DNA from: Chlamydiota bacterium
GTDB lineage: Bacteria > Auribacterota > Tritonobacteria > UBA1439
Length of the DNA: 36,596 nucleotides
Direction of reading: 5' to 3'
Assembly: GCA_037133055.1 (NCBI GenBank)
Contig: JBAXOY010000018.1
Coordinates: 1 to 36,596 of the forward strand
A program made the translations under genes and the position numbers. Below the pieces are notes generated by a model. It was not told the origin of the DNA. It ran no database searches and worked only from the letters and a program-made list of their open reading frames with translations. Within the stretch, counting starts at the first letter, position 1; the number at the start of each line of letters is the position of its first letter. Of the stretch, positions 7,983-17,058 are shown piece after piece.

Positions 7983-9596
7983 TTACGGGATGGGCGTGGG
8001 AAGCGTCCAGCACCCGCGCGGTGAAGCCTGCCCTATGAACGCGATCGGGCGAAGCGTACCGCCCGTCAGCACGCTGTAGGCGGTGTAGTCGTAGCGTTCG
8101 CCGTACACGGCCGCGACCGCCCGCGTCGCCGACCCCGAAATCCCCTGCGACAGTACCATAAATGCGTTGGAATAATAGCAAAATTCCGTTCCCGTGCCGG
8201 CAACAGCCGTCCAATTGCCCGTCAAGGTGGTGTTGTAGCTGCTCCCATCAGCCGCATCCCGTATCTGGTTTCTCTGCGTCGCATCGAGATAGGCCTGGTT
8301 TTCAAGAAATCCGGCAAGGCACCCGTTGTCCCGGGTAGCCGCTTGAGTGTGATATGTGGAAAACATGTGCGTGAAGGGAGTTGTCGCGCGCTGTGTAATA
8401 ATGGCGTCCGCGAGGCTGTCGACGTCCGCGATATCCGTTATGCCAGTCCTGATGACCGCCCTGAGAGAATTCCGGCCGGCGGTGTTGATATTCACCGGAG
8501 ATCTGCTGCCCGCGGGCATTGTCACGAGGGTGTTGACCCATGGGTACACCGTGACGTCCTGGTCTATGAGGTCATAGTATGCCTGGGTCATTCCCGTAAC
8601 GAGTTTCAACTCTTGAATCGTAGTGAACCAGTGCGCGCCCCTATATGAAACAATAGCGGCCGCCAGCGTTGCCGCCGTTCCGCTCGCGATTCCGTCGTAT
8701 TCCATCAATCTCTGCAGCAGGGTCTGGCTCGCGTAATTCAAGTGTATCTTGCCCGATTCGTCGCTGATCAGGATCGACCGTATGCTCCCAGTGCCGAGCG
8801 CGAGGGGGAACGAGGCGTACGAACCGGTGCTCCATGGCTCCGTCGGGGCATCCACCTCCGTGGTAAGCCGCAGCGCGAGCCAGTCAATATAGCACTTCCT
8901 ATCCCCGGCATTGGTCCTCAATGCCCGTATCCTGAAATTGTTATTCATAACATATTGCCACGGATTGGCCGGCAGGGGAACGGTGGCATACAGGTAGCTT
9001 CCCGCCAGCCAACTGGTGGCGCTGACACCGGTTGCGGCGCCCGCATTGCTCCATGACCCGCCCCCGTTGAGAGAATATTGCAGTTGAATGACCGGGTCGG
9101 TGCCGCCGGACTTGTCTTTTATCGCACGGCATACGATCTCGATATTCCTGAGCCTGGAACCTATCAGATTGACCGCCTGCTGAAAATTCCATATCGTGAC
9201 ATTCGCGTTCACGACGCTGTTTAACGTCGCGTAATACACGGTGCTGCTGCTCCAGCTTGTTCCGTGGAAGGCGGCCCGGTCATAATTCGAACCGCTTGCG
9301 CCGCTATACCCGATTCCGGAGCCGCCGTAGCCGCCTTCCACGTATGCCAGGGAGCAATATCCGTTGGCCGCGGGACTGGTCGTCTGAGCCGCGGCGCCCC
9401 CGTCATCCCGGATCGCCTTGATCCCGCGGTTCACGCCCCCCTCCGCAACCCAGAGCGCCTTCTGCCAGTCCACAACGGAGGCCGCCGACTTCGCCCCCCC
9501 GACAAGCTGGGAGAGCAGCGCAGCGCCGAGCGCCGCGAGGACGAGCATGAGGACAAAGACGATGAGCAGCGCCGCGCCGGAGGTGGAGGTCCGCAT
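7983..9596 (-). CDS. GspK/PilX-like minor (tip) pilin with an inserted domain
   Basis: GAALLIVFVLMLVL N-terminus without Glu5; ISDESGKIHLNYAS...FTTIQELKLVTGM and PVNINTAG helix-hairpin-helix-like modules typical of GspK. Confidence 0.8.
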   Translation of the reverse strand: MRTSTSGAALLIVFVLMLVLAALGAALLSQLVGGAKSAASVVDWQKALWVAEGGVNRGIKAIRDDGGAAAQTTSPAANGYCSLAYVEGGYGGSGIGYSGASGSNYDRAAFHGTSWSSSTVYYATLNSVVNANVTIWNFQQAVNLIGSRLRNIEIVCRAIKDKSGGTDPVIQLQYSLNGGGSWSNAGAATGVSATSWLAGSYLYATVPLPANPWQYVMNNNFRIRALRTNAGDRKCYIDWLALRLTTEVDAPTEPWSTGSYASFPLALGTGSIRSILISDESGKIHLNYASQTLLQRLMEYDGIASGTAATLAAAIVSYRGAHWFTTIQELKLVTGMTQAYYDLIDQDVTVYPWVNTLVTMPAGSRSPVNINTAGRNSLRAVIRTGITDIADVDSLADAIITQRATTPFTHMFSTYHTQAATRDNGCLAGFLENQAYLDATQRNQIRDAADGSSYNTTLTGNWTAVAGTGTEFCYYSNAFMVLSQGISGSATRAVAAVYGERYDYTAYSVLTGGTLRPIAFIGQASPRGCWTLPTPIP

Positions 9597-9598
9597 GG

Positions 9599-10195
9599 TC
9601 AGTTCCTCGGCCCCATGTCCGTCCTGATGGTATAACTCTCCCCATCCCCGGCAAAGGTCATCTGCACGCCCACGAGAGGGGGCCCGGGTGCCCGCGACGG
9701 CGTCGGCGGCGGCGGGGGCGTGGGGGTCGACATCAACGAAAAGATCGGCGTCGCCGGCGTCGGCGGCCCCACGTTCCGGGCGATGACGCGCGCCGCGGAG
9801 TAATCGGGCGGGACGGACGGCGTCGGCACCGGCACCATGATCAAGGAGTAGCTTTCGGCCGTGAACGGCGGATTCGGGGGGGGATTGGCGGCGCTGTACA
9901 GCATGTAGCGATAGGGCCTGTCCGCCCCGTCGTAGCGGGAGGTGGTGAACTCAAGCGCGTACCCGCCGGCCGGGACGCCGACCCCGGAGGCGAAGCGCAC
10001 GTCGTCGCCCATGACCGTCAGCGCGAGCGACGCCTCCCCCGCCAGCGCCTGACGCGCCTTCGTGGACGAGTAGACCTTCAGGGCGGCGACAAAGCAGGCG
10101 ATGATCCCCGCGGTGGCGAAGGCAAGGAGGCCCGCCGCCAGCATGATCTCGACCAGCGTGAACGCCGAGGCGTGACGACGGCCGCCGTGCATCAT
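9599..10195 (-). CDS. PilW/GspJ-like minor pilin
   Basis: Prepilin site A|FTLVEIMLA; Pro/Thr-rich loops. Confidence 0.82.
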   Translation of the reverse strand: MMHGGRRHASAFTLVEIMLAAGLLAFATAGIIACFVAALKVYSSTKARQALAGEASLALTVMGDDVRFASGVGVPAGGYALEFTTSRYDGADRPYRYMLYSAANPPPNPPFTAESYSLIMVPVPTPSVPPDYSAARVIARNVGPPTPATPIFSLMSTPTPPPPPTPSRAPGPPLVGVQMTFAGDGESYTIRTDMGPRN

Positions 10196-10198
10196 CCC

Positions 10199-10600
10199 TC
10201 ACCCGAGATCCGCGACCAGCGTGCGCAGTTCGACCTGCTGCTCCCGGCTCCCCACCCGCCAGTAGACCCGCACGCCGACATCCTTGAGATTGCCGGTCCC
10301 CGTCGTCGTGAGCACGACCTCGCGATCGAATGAGCCGAAACCCGGCGACGCAACCGGCGCGCGGGCCTCAGCCGCGATCGAGGCGAACTGCCCGTAATAG
10401 AGCTCCTCCATGCGCTCCTGCGCGAGCGCCGTGGCGATGATCCTCATCCCGGCATCCGCCCCTAGTAGAGCGCCCTGGCCGAAGATGCCCATGAGAGGCA
10501 AAAGGAAAAGCGCGACGAGGCCGATCGCGACCAGCACCTCGGTCAGCGTAAAACCGCGCGAGGAGAACGATGCATTTGCCACGGTTCGTGCCCCGTTCAT
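10199..10600 (-). CDS. PilV/GspI-like minor pilin
   Basis: RG|FTLTEVLVAI; ALAQERMEEL; LKDVGVRVYW. Confidence 0.85.
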   Translation of the reverse strand: MNGARTVANASFSSRGFTLTEVLVAIGLVALFLLPLMGIFGQGALLGADAGMRIIATALAQERMEELYYGQFASIAAEARAPVASPGFGSFDREVVLTTTGTGNLKDVGVRVYWRVGSREQQVELRTLVADLG

Positions 10601-10603
10601 AGC

Positions 10604-11044
10604 CTACTGCACCGGCACATTGCCCGCGACGATGTCATCGCGGCCGTTCAACCTGATCGTGCGCGAGGCCCCCGCGCTGCCGCTCCAGGCCCAGCCCTGG
10701 CTCCCGTCCGGGCCGTTGCTCCACACCGCGTAGACGCGGTTCGAGTCCGTCAGGGCGTAGTTGTACGCCCGCCCGGTGCAGGGGTCGACGAGCGTCCGGT
10801 CGAGGATCCTGGGGGTGGCGCCCGTGAGGTCGCCCGCGATATTCGAAGGGTAGGTATAGTTGTGGTGGATCCAGTATGAGTCGATCGCGGTTTTCAGCAG
10901 GGCGACATCGCCGGTCGCGCCCGCGACCTTCGCGCGCCGTCCCGACCTCAGCATGTTGGGTATGCCGATGGCGGCGAGGATGCCGATGATGAAGACCACG
11001 ATGAGCATTTCGGTCATGGTGAAGCCTGATCGCGAGTCGCGCAT
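10604..11044 (-). CDS. GspG-like major (pseudo)pilin
   Basis: MRDSRSG|FTMTEMLIVVFIIGILAAIGIP; C-terminal DPCTGRAYNY...VWSNGPDG...DDI resembles the GspG domain; start moved to 11044 (G-rich RBS). Confidence 0.85.
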   Translation of the reverse strand: MRDSRSGFTMTEMLIVVFIIGILAAIGIPNMLRSGRRAKVAGATGDVALLKTAIDSYWIHHNYTYPSNIAGDLTGATPRILDRTLVDPCTGRAYNYALTDSNRVYAVWSNGPDGSQGWAWSGSAGASRTIRLNGRDDIVAGNVPVQ

Positions 11045-11118
11045 CCGACCCCCCCCTCCCCGCCCCAGGGGCCTGTCCGAGCACCGGGCGACGGCAAGAT
11101 CCATTATCGAACAGGCTC

Positions 11119-12336
11119 CTAGTGGACGGAGACCACGTTCACCATCCTGAAGAGCGGGATCATTATGGACGCCATGATGAAGCCGATGACCGAACCCATC
11201 ACCACGAGGAAGAACGGCTCGATCAGCACGGTAAACCGCTTGATGGCGTAGTCGACCTCCAGCTCATAGTAGTCCGCAACCTTGTCGAGCAGCGTGTGGA
11301 GATCCCCCGTCTCCTCGCCGGTGGCCACCATCTGCACGGTGAGCACAGGAAACTGGCCGCTCAGGCGGAGCGGCTCGGCGAGCCCCTTCCCCTCGCGGAC
11401 ACTCTGGCTGACCGCCTTCAGTGCCCCCCTGAGGACGGCGTTGCCGAGCGTCGCCTCGGCTATGTCGAGCGCCTGGGTCACCGGCACCCCCGTCGTGACC
11501 AGCATCCCCATCGTCCGGGTGAAGCGCGCGATCGCCGCCTTCCTGGTCAGTTCCCCCACAATCGGCAGGGCCAGCGTGAGACGGTCCAGGTTCAGGCGCC
11601 CGCGCGGGCTCCGGGCATACAATCGCGCCCCCGCGCAGATCGCGACAATGCCGGCGAGGAGGGCATACCAGTACCCCTTGATCACGATCCCGAGGCGGTA
11701 GAGCACCATCGTGGGGAGAGGGATCGGCATCCCCCCCTGGGCGAATATCGTGACAAACTGGGGTATGACATAGGTCACCACCAGCACGACGATGACGAGG
11801 GCGAGCACGGTGAGGATCACCGGATACATCAGGGCGTTCTGGATCTTCTGCCGCAGCGCCGTCTGTTCTTCCGCATATTTCGACAGGCGCGTGAGGATCT
11901 CCGGGAGCTCGCCGCCGGTCTCTCCGGACCTGACCATGCTGACGAAGGTGTTCGAGAAGAGCCGGGGGTGCTTCTGCATCGCCACCGAGAGGGAACTCCC
12001 CCCCTCCACATCCCTGATCAGCTCCCCCACCGTCGCCCGCAGAGCCCGGTCCTCGGTCTGCCGGGACAGGATATTGAGGGAACGAATGAGCGTCACCCCG
12101 GCGTTAAGAAGGGCGGAGAGCTGGACGTTGAAGAGGAGCATCGAGCGCGAACTGACCCTTGTGAACCGGGAGAGGAACGAGGGCCTTCCCATCCCCAGCC
12201 CCTCCTCCCGGATTCCCGTGACCAGGTATCCCATGGCGCGCAGCTTCCTGGCAAGCTCGGCGCGGTCGGGCGTCTCCATCTTCCCCTTCACCGACTTGCC
12301 CAGATTGTCCCGCGCCTGGTACACGTAGACCGGCAT
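11119..12336 (-). CDS. pilC: PilC/GspF platform protein
   Basis: Start MPVYVYQARD after GGAGGT; GETGGELPEIL, ALMYPVIL, MVATGEETGDL, LIEP. Confidence 0.93.
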   Translation of the reverse strand: MPVYVYQARDNLGKSVKGKMETPDRAELARKLRAMGYLVTGIREEGLGMGRPSFLSRFTRVSSRSMLLFNVQLSALLNAGVTLIRSLNILSRQTEDRALRATVGELIRDVEGGSSLSVAMQKHPRLFSNTFVSMVRSGETGGELPEILTRLSKYAEEQTALRQKIQNALMYPVILTVLALVIVVLVVTYVIPQFVTIFAQGGMPIPLPTMVLYRLGIVIKGYWYALLAGIVAICAGARLYARSPRGRLNLDRLTLALPIVGELTRKAAIARFTRTMGMLVTTGVPVTQALDIAEATLGNAVLRGALKAVSQSVREGKGLAEPLRLSGQFPVLTVQMVATGEETGDLHTLLDKVADYYELEVDYAIKRFTVLIEPFFLVVMGSVIGFIMASIMIPLFRMVNVVSVH

Positions 12337-12346
12337 CGCCGACCTC

Positions 12347-14038
12347 CTATAACGCCACCCGCGCAACCTCTTCCAGCGTGGTGCGCCCCTCGATCGCAAG
12401 GCGGAGACCGTCCTCGCGCAGCGTCTTCATACCGCCCCTGATCGCGGCCTCGCGCATCTTCGTCGAGGGGGCCCTCCCCATAATCAGGTCCCTGATCTGC
12501 TCGTCGATCAGCATGAGTTCGAATATGCCCATGCGCCCCGAATAACCGGTATCGCGGCACTTCTCGCACCCCTTCGGCTTGAAGAGCTTCTTCACGTCCT
12601 TCTGGTCGAGTTTCCACCCGTCAAGCGTTTTTGGGGAGGGGGCGTACGGCTCCCTGCACGCCTGGCAGAGGGTGCGGACCAGGCGCTGGGCGAGCACGGC
12701 AATGGTGGAGGACGCTACGAGGAACGGCTCGACGCCGATGTCGATGAGCCGCGTCAGGGCGCTCGGGGCGTCGTTGGTGTGCAGGGTCGAGAACACGAGG
12801 TGGCCGGTGAGGGCGGAACGCACCGCCATCTCCGCGGTCTCGAGATCCCTGATTTCCCCGACCAGTATCACGTTCGGATCCTGGCGCAGGATGGTGCGCA
12901 GCGCCGTGGCGAAATCCACCCCCACCTTTCGGTCGACCTGCGTCTGCCGCACCATCGCCATCTGGTACTCCACCGGCTCCTCGACGGTCATGATATTCTT
13001 GTCGGGGGTGTTGATCATATTGATGGCCGAGTAGAGGGTCGTCGTCTTCCCGCTCCCGGTGGGCCCCGTGACGAGCAGCATCCCGTAGCTCCTGGTGATG
13101 AGCTCGCTGAACGCCGCGCGATCCCTCACGGAGAACCCCAGGGCATCGAGGTCTACGATCACGCTTCCGCGATCGAGTATCCTCATGACGACGTTCTCGC
13201 CGTGGATCGTGGGCTGCACCGACACCCTCATGTCTATGTCCCGGTTGCCCATCCTGACCATGATCCGGCCGTCTTGAGGAATGCGCTTTTGGGCGATATC
13301 CATCCCGGCCATGATCTTCACCCTCGATATGATCGCGGGCTGGAGGTGCTTCGGCGGGCTGTACGTCTCGTTGAGCACCCCGTCGACCCGGTAGCGCACG
13401 CGCAGCATGTCCGCCTCCGGCTCGATGTGGATGTCGCTGGCGCGCGCCTTGATCGCCTCCATGATCATGAGGTTCACCAGCTTGATGACCGGGGCCTCCT
13501 CGACAATACTCTGGAGCATCCGGAGGTCGATCTCTCCATCCTTTGCGGCCGCGAGCGACGGCTCATCCTCCTCGATATGCCTGACCACCTCCTCCATGGA
13601 TCCCCTTGCGCCGTAGTGCTGATCGATGGCTTTGCGGATGTCGCTGTCCGCGGCGAGGACCGGCTCGATGGCGCAGCCGATGTGAAACCGGAGCTCGTCG
13701 AGGGCGTTGATGTCGAGGGGGTCTTCCATCGCCACGGTGAGGGTGTCTTCTATTTTGAAGAGCGGGATGAGGAGGTACTTGCGGGCGAGCCCCTCGGGAA
13801 CGAGCTCCAGCGTCGCGGGATCGACAAGGTACCCCTCGAGATTCATCAACGGGACGTTGAGCTGTTTTGCGGTGAAGGAAAGGAGCTCCTCCTCGCCTGT
13901 CATCTTGAGATCCACCAGCACGCGCGGCAGCGGCTGCTCCCGCCGCGCGCTCTCCCGCCGGGCCTCTTCCAACTGGAGGCTGCTCAGGAGCCCCTCTTTG
14001 ACGAGCGCCTCGCCGATATCGGTGTATTTCCCTGGCAT
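12347..14038 (-). CDS. pilB: PilB/GspE assembly ATPase with an N-terminal MshEN-like domain
   Basis: ASDIHIEP, GPTGSGKTTTLY, LRQDPNVILVGEIRD, TGHLVFSTLHTN, CQAC...CEKC. Confidence 0.95.
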   Translation of the reverse strand: MPGKYTDIGEALVKEGLLSSLQLEEARRESARREQPLPRVLVDLKMTGEEELLSFTAKQLNVPLMNLEGYLVDPATLELVPEGLARKYLLIPLFKIEDTLTVAMEDPLDINALDELRFHIGCAIEPVLAADSDIRKAIDQHYGARGSMEEVVRHIEEDEPSLAAAKDGEIDLRMLQSIVEEAPVIKLVNLMIMEAIKARASDIHIEPEADMLRVRYRVDGVLNETYSPPKHLQPAIISRVKIMAGMDIAQKRIPQDGRIMVRMGNRDIDMRVSVQPTIHGENVVMRILDRGSVIVDLDALGFSVRDRAAFSELITRSYGMLLVTGPTGSGKTTTLYSAINMINTPDKNIMTVEEPVEYQMAMVRQTQVDRKVGVDFATALRTILRQDPNVILVGEIRDLETAEMAVRSALTGHLVFSTLHTNDAPSALTRLIDIGVEPFLVASSTIAVLAQRLVRTLCQACREPYAPSPKTLDGWKLDQKDVKKLFKPKGCEKCRDTGYSGRMGIFELMLIDEQIRDLIMGRAPSTKMREAAIRGGMKTLREDGLRLAIEGRTTLEEVARVAL

Positions 14039-14068
14039 TGGATGCTCTCCTCATGCGACATGGATGCG

Positions 14069-14461
14069 CTACGCGGGATCAGCGACCGGGGGGGAGAGGC
14101 GAAGGAGTTCCCGGATCTTCCCCAAAAACTCTTCCGGTATAAACGGTTTCGTCATATAGGCGTCGGCTCCGCATTCGAAACCGAGCTTTGAATCCTTTTC
14201 TTGGGCGCGCGCGGTAAACAACATAATAGGGATCTTCTTATACCTCTCATCAAATTTCAGCATCCGGCAAACCTTATACCCGTCCATTTTCGGCAGCATC
14301 AAATCCAGTATGATCAGATCGGGTTTTTCTTTTTGTGCTTTTGCCAAACCGGCCATTCCGTCGCTTGCGGTGATAACTTCATGTCCTGCTTGCTTCAATC
14401 TGTTTGCCACCATCATGACGATATGGGGTTCGTCATCGACCAGTAATATCTTCTTCGCCAT
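14069..14461 (-). CDS. Single-domain response regulator
   Basis: ILLVDDE, PDLIILDLMLPKMDG, LFTA, YMTKPF. Confidence 0.92.
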   Translation of the reverse strand: MAKKILLVDDEPHIVMMVANRLKQAGHEVITASDGMAGLAKAQKEKPDLIILDLMLPKMDGYKVCRMLKFDERYKKIPIMLFTARAQEKDSKLGFECGADAYMTKPFIPEEFLGKIRELLRLSPPVADPA

Positions 14462-14481
14462 AAGTTTTTCCTTTTGTTCAA

Positions 14482-14835
14482 TTACTTAAAATACTTGCTG
14501 ATTTTTTCCAACAGTTCATCTGCTTTAAATGGCTTGACGATATAGTCCTTAATTCCTTCAAGCTCAAACAAATCCTGCATTTTTTCTTTAGCGGTAAGTA
14601 TAATGACGGGAATGTGCTTTCCTTCTCTTTTTAATTCCTTTAAAAATGTCCAGCCATCCATCTCAGGCATCATTACATCCAGAATTATTAAGCCAGGGTT
14701 TTCATCTTGAACTTTTTTTAATCCTTCCTCTCCATTACACGCTGAAAGTACCTTATAATCGTTGGCTTCCAAACGGGATTTTAACATTTCTACTATATGG
14801 GGTTCGTCATCAACAATCAGTATCTTTTTAGCCAT
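14482..14835 (-). CDS. Single-domain response regulator
   Basis: ILIVDDE, LIILDVMMPEMDG, ILTA, YIVKPF. Confidence 0.92.
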   Translation of the reverse strand: MAKKILIVDDEPHIVEMLKSRLEANDYKVLSACNGEEGLKKVQDENPGLIILDVMMPEMDGWTFLKELKREGKHIPVIILTAKEKMQDLFELEGIKDYIVKPFKADELLEKISKYFK

Positions 14836-14854
14836 CGTATCTCTCCCTGCGGCG

Positions 14855-16819
14855 TTACCTGACCGCTTCCTTTATCTTGTCAAATAATTCATCGGCGCTG
14901 GACCCGTCATCGGGGAATACCGTGGCTTTACATCCGATCTTTATAACTTTATCCAGTCTTTTTTGGGACAGATACTTTTCAGCAGGCTTTTCGATCCTCT
15001 CTTTTATGATACAGGCATCGCCGATTTTTGTCGCGGGAAGCATCACCAGGACCGCGTGGGTATCCCTGACGACCATGTCGGTGTTTCGGCGAAGACTACT
15101 TGTTATAAGCTCGTACAATTTATCCGCAATAGGAACTATCTTCTGTCCTGCTATCTTCATTTTTTTCTTTATGTAATACACAAGGATTGAAAGAGGCTCT
15201 TCCGTCAATGAAGCCGCTTTTATGCCGTCGTCTATGTATTGCCTGAAAAGCTCTCTCGGCGTATATTCGGGAAGAGTAAATATGATTTTTGTCCCCTTGT
15301 TTACCTTGCTCTCCACGCGGATCTTGCCCTTATGCAGTGCTATTATACTTGCAACGATCGAAAGGCCCAGCCCCGTCCCTTTTTCTCCCGGGCCGTATGT
15401 CCGTCCAAATTGCTGAAATCTCATAAATGTTCTTTTAATGTCTTCCTTGGCGATCCCCTTGCCCGTGTCCGAAACAAAGCATTCCACCATCCCCTTTTTC
15501 TTTTGTATCGAGATCTCTATGCGGCCCTTTTGGGTAAATTTGACGGCGTTATCCACGAGATTGCCGAACACCTCGATGATCCTGTCTCTATCTACATAAA
15601 CCTCTATCTTTTTCTCAGCATAGACTCCCCTTAATTTCAAGCCTTTATTTTTTGCCGACAAATCTAAAGAAGCGATGGCTCTTCTGGCCAGAGAGACGAT
15701 ATCCGATCTTTCTTTTTTCAGCAGTACGGTTCCGGACTCGATCCTGGATATATCGAGAAGATTATGGACGATCCTGCTCAGACGATCGATATCATCAAGC
15801 GCCATCGACAAAAACTTCCTCTGTTTGTCGTTTATCCTTCCGAGCATACCTTCCAGAATCTGGCTTACGCCCTCCCGGACGGAGGTCATCGGGGTGCGCA
15901 GTTCGTGGGAGACAGTGGAAATAAATTCATCTTTTATCTTGTCGATACGCCTTCTTTCCTCCAACGCGGCTTTGACCGCTTCTGTTTTCTTAATATCGAT
16001 AAGGGTGCGGAAGCGCTCTTCGTTGGCTTGCAGCATGTTATCGGACTTTTTGCGCTCGGTGATGTCGCGAAAGACCCCCAGAATGACTTTTTCCCCTTTC
16101 AAGTCGAACGTGTTTGCCTTAATTGCAATATCTCTGATTTCTCCCGATTTTCTAATTAACTTAGTTTCTATAGCAGCTTCTCCGGCAATGTGTTGTATGA
16201 ACGAATTAGAAAATCCACCATCCCGATCTTCAGGAGAATGCAATATTCTTTGATGCTGACCTACCATCTCTGATCTTCCCCTTCCTGTAAGTTCAGCGGC
16301 GGCCATGTTGCAATCTAATATTATCCCGGTCTGCGTATCAACCAGGAATATAGCATCCATGGCTTGTTCAAACAGGATACGGTAACGCTCCTCGCTCTCG
16401 CGCAGCGCCTCCTCCGTCTTCTTGCGCTCGATGATTCTCCCTAATCTCTCAGCAAGTGCTTCTATTAAGTCTCTCTCCTCTCTGAGAAATGGACCTTCAT
16501 AGAGTTCGGGCCTTTCTTTCAAGTAATAAACTTCTATCGTCCCGCATTTCTTCCCAAATATGTTAATATCAACCGACTGTTTCCATTTGGTTATTTTGAA
16601 ATTATCTGTCTTGAATTCTTGCCCCTCAAAAACTATTCTTGCACAAGTAAGATCAGAATATTGCCACGCGGGCGGAATCAGGTCGGTCATTCCCTTACAT
16701 ATTTCCCCTAAAGAAATATCGGGCCTCCCAACGAGATTGGCCAGTCCATAGAGGCACTTGATCTCTTTGATGCGTTCATCACGCTCGCGCTGGATTTTGT
16801 CTTTTTCTTCCCTATTCAT
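14855..16819 (-). CDS. Cytoplasmic sensor His kinase: GAF-like, PAS, HisKA, HATPase, degenerate GGDEF-like tail
   Basis: PPAWQY...EGPFLREER input segment; PAS (YRILFEQAMDAIFLVD); H-box SHELRTP; NLVDNAVKF, DTGKGI, GTGLGL; no TM helix seen. Confidence 0.9.
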   Translation of the reverse strand: MNREEKDKIQRERDERIKEIKCLYGLANLVGRPDISLGEICKGMTDLIPPAWQYSDLTCARIVFEGQEFKTDNFKITKWKQSVDINIFGKKCGTIEVYYLKERPELYEGPFLREERDLIEALAERLGRIIERKKTEEALRESEERYRILFEQAMDAIFLVDTQTGIILDCNMAAAELTGRGRSEMVGQHQRILHSPEDRDGGFSNSFIQHIAGEAAIETKLIRKSGEIRDIAIKANTFDLKGEKVILGVFRDITERKKSDNMLQANEERFRTLIDIKKTEAVKAALEERRRIDKIKDEFISTVSHELRTPMTSVREGVSQILEGMLGRINDKQRKFLSMALDDIDRLSRIVHNLLDISRIESGTVLLKKERSDIVSLARRAIASLDLSAKNKGLKLRGVYAEKKIEVYVDRDRIIEVFGNLVDNAVKFTQKGRIEISIQKKKGMVECFVSDTGKGIAKEDIKRTFMRFQQFGRTYGPGEKGTGLGLSIVASIIALHKGKIRVESKVNKGTKIIFTLPEYTPRELFRQYIDDGIKAASLTEEPLSILVYYIKKKMKIAGQKIVPIADKLYELITSSLRRNTDMVVRDTHAVLVMLPATKIGDACIIKERIEKPAEKYLSQKRLDKVIKIGCKATVFPDDGSSADELFDKIKEAVR

Positions 16820-16873
16820 GATTTAAATTTCACCAGTGGTTCGTCAGCATCGTGATTCCATTTCTTCGACAAC

Positions 16874-16927
16874 AAATCAAGCCCAAGTCCCCGCTCAAAG
16901 ATGAAAGCGGAAACTTGGGCTTGATTT
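16874..16927 (-). terminator. Long stem-loop in the kinase 5' leader (terminator or attenuator candidate)
   Basis: Perfect 15-bp inverted repeat AAATCAAGCCCAAGT / ACTTGGGCTTGATTT; extends to 22 bp on the minus-strand RNA through two U-G pairs plus CCGCT/AGCGG. Confidence 0.6.
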
Positions 16928-16990
16928 TTCGAAAAATATTACTCGGTAGCCACGCCAGCTTGCTCGCACAAGAATCGTGCTAGCTTTCAA
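16895..16990 (-). CDS. Putative 31-aa leader peptide
   Basis: AGGAGG (17001-16996), 5 nt, TTG: MKASTILVRASWRGYRVIFFEKSSPSFRFHL*; stop falls inside the hairpin. Confidence 0.4.
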   Translation of the reverse strand: MKASTILVRASWRGYRVIFFEKSSPSFRFHL

Positions 16991-17029
16991 TAGCACCTCC
17001 TTAAGGCATAGCAACCTATTATGTTGAAA

Positions 17030-17058
17030 ATTCTATGGCAAAAAGAAACTCTTGTCTA
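17030..17058 (-). promoter_or_regulatory. Sigma70-type promoter for the kinase-pilus operon
   Basis: TAGACA-17 nt-TAGAAT on the minus strand. Confidence 0.6.
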
